Part shown: positions 15,220-21,365 of the stretch, in pieces
How the letters are laid out: the number at the start of each line of letters is the position of its first letter
Numbering within the stretch: the stretch's first letter is position 1
Source: a virus
Taxonomy: Duplodnaviria; Caudoviricetes
IMG/VR virus record: IMGVR_UViG_3300020200_001870
Location: 1 to 33,418 of that record
DNA: 33,418 nt
Strand: one strand, 5' to 3'
Notes under the pieces: generated by a model
Databases searched by the model: none
Told to the model about the DNA's origin: nothing
What the model saw: only the letters and a program-made list of their open reading frames with translations
Program-made: the position numbers and the translations under genes

Positions 15220-15495
15220 CTAGGATTCGATCAGGTGGAAGTCACCCACTGGGCACACTTCGCTCTCTGCTCCATTGCAGATTATCATCTGCGGGTTCAT
15301 GAGAGCTTTCCAGATGAGGTGGAGGTTCTTCTCCAGATGAAAGGTGTACTCATGTGCCCCACCGTTCATGGTGGAGAAGTCATGGTCTTCCTTGAACTGG
15401 AGATCTCGGAGCCACTCAATGACGTCCTGTCGATCGAGCTTTGTGGCTGCAAGCCATATGGCTGCATCCAAGGCCTTATAGAGAGAAGGTTGCAT
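15220..15495 (-). CDS. Cassette ORF family A, copy 3
   Basis: 91 aa; tandem with copy 2 (410-bp unit). Confidence 0.85.
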   Translation of the reverse strand: MQPSLYKALDAAIWLAATKLDRQDVIEWLRDLQFKEDHDFSTMNGGAHEYTFHLEKNLHLIWKALMNPQMIICNGAESEVCPVGDFHLIES

Positions 15496-15633
15496 GGCCG
15501 TATTCCTTTTAGGGGTTATCCCCCTATATTACCCGAGCAACGCTCGGTAGTAGAATGGTAGAACCCCCCTTCGGGGGGATTCTACTGGAAGAGGGCACGG
15601 GGGGGATGGAGTCCCCCCCGTGTGAGGATTTAG

Positions 15634-15879
15634 CTAGGCTTTCGCTACCCCACCTTCCTCTCCAGGGTCTCGCATGTCGAAGACCCAAACACCACCGTCC
15701 AAGATTTTCTCGACTGCTTTCTTATCTTCGGAGAATTCATGAATGATGTCATCCACTTGTTCTACCAGATTAGGCTCAGTCTCAGCATTCTGAGTGAGGT
15801 GCTTGATTCTTTCAATCAGGTCATATCTGCCATAGAAGTCGAAGAACGCTATAAGAGCAGAGCAGAGGGGACATTCCAT
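15634..15879 (-). CDS. Cassette ORF family B, copy 2
   Basis: 81 aa; C-terminus altered by a short frameshifting indel relative to copy 1. Confidence 0.85.
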   Translation of the reverse strand: MECPLCSALIAFFDFYGRYDLIERIKHLTQNAETEPNLVEQVDDIIHEFSEDKKAVEKILDGGVWVFDMRDPGEEGGVAKA

Positions 15880-16016
15880 TGTCCATTCTCCTTTTAGGGG
15901 TCGCCCCCTTTATAATGCAGGGTAAAAGTTCCCTGCAGTAGAATGGTAGAACCCCCTTCGGGGGGATTCTACTGGAAGGGGCACGGGGGGAATTTTCATT
16001 CCCCCCGTGTGAGGGC

Positions 16017-16148
16017 CTAGGACAGTTTTCGGTTAGTGGAAATGTGCCACCAGGTTAATGGGCACTTCTTGTGGATCCAACCTTTCTTAGTCTTGATCAT
16101 TCTGAAGGAGCCCTTTCTGCTTAGCACATTGCACTTAATGCAAATCAC
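16017..16148 (-). CDS. Cassette ORF family C microprotein, copy 2 (GTG start; not in the ORF track)
   Basis: MICIKCNVLSRKGSFRMIKTKKGWIHKKCPLTWWHISTNRKLS; most differences from 13770-13901 are synonymous. Confidence 0.85.
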   Translation of the reverse strand: MICIKCNVLSRKGSFRMIKTKKGWIHKKCPLTWWHISTNRKLS

Positions 16149-16289
16149 TGCTGTCTCCTTAGGAGTTGCCTCCTATATGTTTTTACCAGAGCAAAAGTGC
16201 TCTGCTCAGTAGAATGGTAGAACCCCCCTTCGGGGGGATTCTACTGGAAGAGGGCACGGGGGGAATTTTCATTCCCCCCGTGTGAGGAT

Positions 16290-16544
16290 CTAGGAAAGCA
16301 GGTGCCAACTACCACTGCATGGTGATCCATCGCAGACTGTCAAGCTGGGATTCCTGAGAGCTCTCCAGATTTCGTCTATTTCCTCATCTGGATTAACGAG
16401 GTGTTTACGACCCGTGTTCTCGATGTAGTCGTCGTCAGTCATCATCCTGATTTCGACGATCCGATCGAGGAGATCATTGCGCTTGAGCTCCTTCGCCATA
16501 GACTCTAGGCCAGAATAAAGCACCTTTAAAAACTCGTTCTTCAT
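16290..16544 (-). CDS. Cassette ORF, distant family A member
   Basis: LKRNDLL...IWRALRNP...CDG..C...HL matches family A LxRQDVI...IWKALMNP...CxG...C...HL. Confidence 0.8.
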   Translation of the reverse strand: MKNEFLKVLYSGLESMAKELKRNDLLDRIVEIRMMTDDDYIENTGRKHLVNPDEEIDEIWRALRNPSLTVCDGSPCSGSWHLLS

Positions 16545-17117
16545 ACTTACTCCTTAGGGGTAGTCCCCTATATAATGCAGGGTAAAAGAGCCCTGCAGTA
16601 GAATGGTAGAACTTCCCTTCCCCTCCCAGAGGGAGGATGATGAAAATTCTACTGGTTATATATAATGAAAAAGAACTTATTGGCTTTAGAGTAAACTTTA
16701 TTAATGGCCATATTCGTCATTTTGTGTTTTTTAATTGATTTTAAGTCTATATCAATTATCTTGACTTATAACTTATGATTGTTCTATTGCCTGCCGGCAT
16801 TATTAAAAACTTCAATATTTTTTAAATATTTCTTTATCCTTTGATTTTCCTTTGGCTTTAGACTCAAATACGTGGTTTAACTTTCCTGGCGGTTAGGCTA
16901 TATCTCGGTAATCTAATCGTTGGCTCTCTAATATGTAAAATATAAATAAGGGGATGGACAATACTTTCGCATAAGCAATTTATGAGTTGTTTATGAGCTC
17001 CTCAGGTCTTTTTTTGGAAAACAATTTTTTTAAAAAAAAGTCTGGATTATAAAATTGTAGTGAAACTAGAATTGGGCTATATGCTCGAAAGGAAATGTGC
17101 AGATATGAGGAGGATGT

Positions 17118-17441
17118 ATGGGTTGGATTGGAGTTGATTTTGATGGAACATTGGCAATGTATGATTATTGGAGGGGAATTCATCATACTGGTGAACCAAT
17201 TCCTCTTATGGTAGAAAGAGTTAAAGATTGGATTTCAAGTGGAATTGAAGTTAAAGTTTTTACGGCGAGGCTCGATGATGGAAATAGAGAATTTGCAGTA
17301 AGAATTATCCAAGAGTGGTGTCTAAAACATATAGGCCAGGAGTTGCCAGTAACAAATGTTAAAACCATGTCAATGATTGAATTGTGGGATGATAAAGCGG
17401 TGCGAGTCGAAAAAAATACTGGAAAAAGAGTGTGTTATTAA
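17118..17441 (+). CDS. HAD-superfamily phosphatase (phage polynucleotide kinase/phosphatase-like)
   Basis: WIGVDFDGTLA (motif I), VFTAR (motif II), TNVK...LWDDKA (motifs III and IV). Confidence 0.85.
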   Translation: MGWIGVDFDGTLAMYDYWRGIHHTGEPIPLMVERVKDWISSGIEVKVFTARLDDGNREFAVRIIQEWCLKHIGQELPVTNVKTMSMIELWDDKAVRVEKNTGKRVCY

Positions 17442-17445
17442 TTAA

Positions 17446-17706
17446 ATGGCATTAATTCAAATTATACAAGGATCCTTTGTTGGCTGTAATTGCCATCAAA
17501 ATCTCAAAATCCTCGGCGCATCCGGAGATATTCTGCATGTTAAAATTGATGGCCAGTTTATTATTATGCCTGATGATCAGGATATTCCAGAAAAATGCCG
17601 AACATTCTATTTTAAAAAACATGACGCGAGGTGGATACGTCTTCTTTCAGAAGAAGATGTGATACAATTTCTTAAAGACAAGGAAGTTAACATTGAGGTT
17701 ATGTGA
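17446..17706 (+). CDS. Hypothetical protein
   Basis: 86 aa; operon spacing. Confidence 0.6.
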   Translation: MALIQIIQGSFVGCNCHQNLKILGASGDILHVKIDGQFIIMPDDQDIPEKCRTFYFKKHDARWIRLLSEEDVIQFLKDKEVNIEVM

Positions 17707-17894
17707 AAATGAGACTTGAAGCTAGACTTTTATCATCAAATGGAAAAACAGTTCATACTGTTACTTTCGACTCCGGCAGATATTCTTGTACATGCCAATC
17801 ATGGAAGATTAAGCTAAAGCAGCAGTCTGATTGCAAACATATTATTGAAGGGCGTCTAAATTGGTTTAAGACGAATAAGAATCTAATTAAATGA
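17703..17894 (+). CDS. SWIM-type zinc finger protein
   Basis: YSCTCQSWK...CKHI (CxC...CxH). Confidence 0.75.
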   Translation: MKMRLEARLLSSNGKTVHTVTFDSGRYSCTCQSWKIKLKQQSDCKHIIEGRLNWFKTNKNLIK

Positions 17895-18310
17895 GAATTT
17901 ATTTGGCTGGGCCATTATTTACTTCATATGAAAGACGTTGGAATAGAGATTTAGCGCGAAGTCTTGAAAAACTTGGAGAATTTGTTTATCTTCCACAAGA
18001 ACATGAAGAAAGAGAAGCAAACGCAAAATCTATATTCTTAATGAATATAGATAGCCTTAATCTTTGTCAAATTCTTGTTGCCAATCTAGATCAACCTGAT
18101 CCAGATTCTGGTACTTGCTTTGAAGTTGGATATGCCTTTTCAAAAGGTATTCCAATCTTCTATTATAGAACAGATTTTAGAAAAATGGCAGAATTTGTGG
18201 GGGGCGAAGTAAATCTTATGCTTGAAATGGCCGGAGAACGAATTGATTCTGATTACAATACTGATCCAGCTTCTCTTGCAAAGAAGATCAAACAGGCTAT
18301 TTACAAGTAA
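17891..18310 (+). CDS. Nucleoside 2-deoxyribosyltransferase family protein
   Basis: IYLAGPLF...YLPQE...DPDSGTCFEVGYAFSKGIP...NLML. Confidence 0.88.
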   Translation: MRIYLAGPLFTSYERRWNRDLARSLEKLGEFVYLPQEHEEREANAKSIFLMNIDSLNLCQILVANLDQPDPDSGTCFEVGYAFSKGIPIFYYRTDFRKMAEFVGGEVNLMLEMAGERIDSDYNTDPASLAKKIKQAIYK

Positions 18311-18328
18311 TTAGAGATATAGTATAAT
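18300..18328 (+). promoter_or_regulatory. Sigma70-type promoter for the AAA/VWA pair
   Basis: TTTACA-N17-TATAAT. Confidence 0.7.
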
Positions 18329-18362
18329 GTATTTATAGTCAATACTTTAACTATAAAGAGGA

Positions 18363-19778
18363 ATGAAATTGAAAGCTCTTATTAATCAGGATAAATTAGA
18401 CTTCTTTCTTCAAAACAATCAGAATGTTCTTATAGAAGGTGGTCATGGAGTTGGAAAGACCGCCGTTGTTAAGCAGGTATTTGATAGGGCTAAGCTTAAG
18501 GCAAAGTATTTTTCTGGGGCTACCCTTGATCCTTGGGTTGATTTTATCGGTGTGCCAAGACCAGTTATTGATACTTCAACTGGGCAGACAGTTCTTGATC
18601 TAATTCGTCCAGTTGAATTTCAAAACGATGAAATTGAAGCAATCTTTGTTGATGAGTTTAACAGAACTCCAAAGAAGGTTCGTAATGCTCTCATGGAACT
18701 CATGCAGTTTAAGACTATTAATGGAAGGCCTTTCAAAAAACTTCGAGTTGTATGGGCGGCGATCAACCCTGATGATGAAGAAAAGTATGATGTTGAAAGC
18801 ATTGACCCAGCACAAAAAGATCGTTTTCACATTCATATCGTTGTACCCTACAAACCATGTCCAGTTTATTTTTCTATAAAGCACCCGGAAGTTGCAGCTG
18901 CAGCAATTGATTGGTGGGGTGAACTTCCAGAAGAAGCCAAGGAACTGATCTCTCCGAGAAGATTGGATTATGCCCTCGATCTTTATAAGATTGGTGGAGA
19001 TCTTCGAGATATAATTCCTCATTCTTGCAATATCTCCAAGCTTCTAACTGCTTTTACAGAAGGACCGATGAGGAAACGACTTGAAACCATGTATGAAAAC
19101 TTGGATGCCAAAGAAGCTAAAAAGTTTTTCTTGAATGAAAATAATTATGCTTCTGCATCTTCTTATGTTATTAAGAATGATCTATGGAGGGAAGCATTTC
19201 TTCCATTCTTCCCACTTGAGAAGCTTTCTTCGCTTGCTTCGACAGAAGACTTGGCATTAGCCAAGATGGTGGAAAAGGTTAGAGCGGTTCCAGATTTCAA
19301 GGAAATTCTTGTTCAAAAGTTTAAGATGGGAAATCAAAAGTTAGAAGAAAAGATTATTAATTTGGTTGATCACTACCACGGAGTTGATAAGAATTTAGTT
19401 ATTCGACTCTTAAAGGGAACCCATATTAATCCAAAGGGTTGGATTGATGAGCTTCAGTCAACCAAAAATGCTACTGAGCGTGTGCAATTATTCAATGATT
19501 TCAAGAAAACGATAGTCGCAGGTAATTCATTTGATGTAACAGCACATGGATTAATGTTTGTTCTTACATTGATTAAGTTCTCTTCTCCCGTTACTATCAA
19601 GTCTTTTGATGGTTTGGCAGAGACTATAAACTTGATTTTAAAGAACTTTGAAGCAGTTGGAAATCCAATTTCTTCGATCATAAAGGCTGATATTGCATTT
19701 ACACCGGCTCTAGAAAAACTTAAGGAGCACAAGGAGATTTTCGACGCACTTCTTCCAGAAGTACAGAAGGCAATATAA
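18363..19778 (+). CDS. MoxR/dynein-related AAA+ ATPase
   Basis: Walker A GGHGVGKT, Walker B IFVDEFNR, sensor AAINP, arginine finger DPAQKDRF. Confidence 0.9.
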   Translation: MKLKALINQDKLDFFLQNNQNVLIEGGHGVGKTAVVKQVFDRAKLKAKYFSGATLDPWVDFIGVPRPVIDTSTGQTVLDLIRPVEFQNDEIEAIFVDEFNRTPKKVRNALMELMQFKTINGRPFKKLRVVWAAINPDDEEKYDVESIDPAQKDRFHIHIVVPYKPCPVYFSIKHPEVAAAAIDWWGELPEEAKELISPRRLDYALDLYKIGGDLRDIIPHSCNISKLLTAFTEGPMRKRLETMYENLDAKEAKKFFLNENNYASASSYVIKNDLWREAFLPFFPLEKLSSLASTEDLALAKMVEKVRAVPDFKEILVQKFKMGNQKLEEKIINLVDHYHGVDKNLVIRLLKGTHINPKGWIDELQSTKNATERVQLFNDFKKTIVAGNSFDVTAHGLMFVLTLIKFSSPVTIKSFDGLAETINLILKNFEAVGNPISSIIKADIAFTPALEKLKEHKEIFDALLPEVQKAI

Positions 19779-21097
19779 TGGCTGAAACTCTCTCTAAAAA
19801 AGATAAAGATCTTGTAGTTAAAGATTGGATTCCACCGAAGGAGTGGCTAATTTCGAAAGACGAATTTAGAAAGTACTCTCGGGAGTTGGAATTACATCAT
19901 TCAATTTTCTATCGTCTTTGGGAAATGGGAATTCCATTACCAGACTTTAGACTAGAAACTGCAGCTGTTTTATACGACGAAAGCGGAGAAGTTATTAACT
20001 TCGTCTTTAACCCAGATTTCTGGAGAAAAAATGACGAATATACAAGAACATTTATTCTAGCCCATGAAATGCTTCATATTGTTCTTCATCATGGGTATCG
20101 TAGTTCATTTCTTCCAAACAAAAGCGTAGCCAACGTTGCCCTTGACATTGTTGTCAATGAAACTCTTGTTTCTGGCTTTGGTTTTAACAGGGAGAAAGTC
20201 AAAAACTGGAAAAACTTATGTTGGATAGACACAGTTTTTGTTGGAGACAAAGATGTTCAGATTGGGCAAACTTTTGAATATTACTACGACAGACTTCTTA
20301 AAAAAGCTGAAGAAAACGGAGCTGGCGGTAAAGAACTAGACAACCTTATTATTGTAGATTCTCATAAACATTCTTTTGACGGAGAAAATTCTCCAAAGAA
20401 TCAAAAGACTATCAAAAAACTCGGAGAAGAAATGCCTCAAGATGAAATTGAATCAATTGAGCCATTGATTGATCAGCATGATTCTTCTTCAAAGGAAGCC
20501 GGTTCAAATTCTCTTGGTCAATGGATTTTTATTCGAAATAAGCCAATTGTTCGAAAGAAGAAGTGGGAAACCGTCATTAAGAAGTGGGCCATTTGGTCTT
20601 TAAAAACTGTTGAGCGAGAAGTAGAACAATGGGCCCGTATTCCAAGGCGTCTTGCTAGCCTACCAGATTCAATGATGCTACCAACTAATATGCCAACTGA
20701 TGTACCTTTGGATAAATCAAAGATTTCAGTTTGGTTCTTTATTGACTCATCTGGTAGCTGTCTTGGCATGACTGATCGATTCTTTCATGCCGCTCAATCT
20801 TTGCCACCTGACAGGTTTCAAGTTAAACTAATGTCATTTGATACAAAAATATATGACCTAGATATAAAACGCCCACGACTTCGTGGAGGAGGTGGTACTG
20901 ATTTTTCCATCATTGAGCAGTATATTCAAGCTAAGTGTAATGGAAACTATCCTTTAGCTGTATTTGTTTTGACAGATGGTTATGGAACTCCAGTTAATCC
21001 TGAAAAGCCGAAGAATTGGTATTGGTTTTTGTCAGAGAATTATCGTACATTTACTCCAAAAGAATCCAATATTTATCTTCTTTCAGATTTTGAATAA
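19778..21097 (+). CDS. Metallopeptidase-like + VWA domain protein (DUF2201-like)
   Basis: HEMLH (HExxH), NVALDIVVN, MIDAS DSSGS, GGGGTDF, LTDGYG; translationally coupled to the AAA gene. Confidence 0.88.
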   Translation: MAETLSKKDKDLVVKDWIPPKEWLISKDEFRKYSRELELHHSIFYRLWEMGIPLPDFRLETAAVLYDESGEVINFVFNPDFWRKNDEYTRTFILAHEMLHIVLHHGYRSSFLPNKSVANVALDIVVNETLVSGFGFNREKVKNWKNLCWIDTVFVGDKDVQIGQTFEYYYDRLLKKAEENGAGGKELDNLIIVDSHKHSFDGENSPKNQKTIKKLGEEMPQDEIESIEPLIDQHDSSSKEAGSNSLGQWIFIRNKPIVRKKKWETVIKKWAIWSLKTVEREVEQWARIPRRLASLPDSMMLPTNMPTDVPLDKSKISVWFFIDSSGSCLGMTDRFFHAAQSLPPDRFQVKLMSFDTKIYDLDIKRPRLRGGGGTDFSIIEQYIQAKCNGNYPLAVFVLTDGYGTPVNPEKPKNWYWFLSENYRTFTPKESNIYLLSDFE

Positions 21098-21100
21098 GAC

Positions 21101-21295
21101 ATGAATCAAATTAAATGCGATAGATGCCCAAAAACATGCACCGCAATCTATGTATTTGATTCTATCAAGATATCTATTGAATTTGGTTCTGGTTCCAAGA
21201 AAGACGTTGTTCTTTGTTTTTGTTGCTTTAATGATCTTCAATTTGAAGATTTTATGAAAGCTATTCCTTCAGTAGAGACTCAAATAGACCAATAG
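21101..21295 (+). CDS. Small Cys-rich hypothetical protein
   Basis: CDRC...LCFCCF. Confidence 0.6.
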   Translation: MNQIKCDRCPKTCTAIYVFDSIKISIEFGSGSKKDVVLCFCCFNDLQFEDFMKAIPSVETQIDQ

Positions 21296-21365
21296 TTTTT
21301 TTAAACTATGAATATTTGAATATAATCAATAGATTATCGTTAAATATTAACGAGGAGGGTTTATT

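Larger units (their letters stand above)
11989..16655 (-). mobile_element. Array of 12 single-gene cassettes separated by type-II four-hairpin spacers (candidate shuffled gene-cassette system)
   Basis: Spacers at 12271-12404, 12828-12962, 13233-13370, 13629-13769, 13902-14034, 14350-14480, 14676-14809, 15086-15219, 15496-15633, 15880-16016, 16149-16289 and a degenerate copy at 16545-16655. Each runs exactly from one stop codon to the next start codon. Mobility is inferred, not shown. Confidence 0.6.

Noticed and set aside
14810-15495. Diversity-generating retroelement TR/VR pair
   Set aside because: Both copies are full ORFs with their own RBS, the differences I checked are not confined to adenines of one copy, and no reverse transcriptase is visible.
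8641-15746. Track ORFs crossing the spacers (8641..8874, 9501..9710, 9664..10197, 11902..12132, 13643..13837, 13932..14153, 15028..15561, 15555..15746) and antisense ORFs such as 12477..12896, 12978..13247, 14825..15049
   Set aside because: They are translations of repeat DNA or shadows of better-supported minus-strand genes, and they lack a proper RBS.
12360-16282. H4 G/C-rich hairpins as intrinsic terminators
   Set aside because: They follow stop codons but lack a U-tract on either strand, so termination cannot be supported from sequence.
11989-16655. CRISPR array
   Set aside because: The repeats are about 135 bp and variable, the intervening sequences are 132-423 bp full ORFs with RBSs, and there are no cas1 or effector genes in the window.
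11989-16655. Canonical integron (attC) array
   Set aside because: The arms GTAGAAC/GTTCTAC contain AAC/GTT but do not fit RYYYAAC/GTTRRRY. The element is four short hairpins rather than one long bulged stem, and no IntI is present in the window. Kept only as an analogy.
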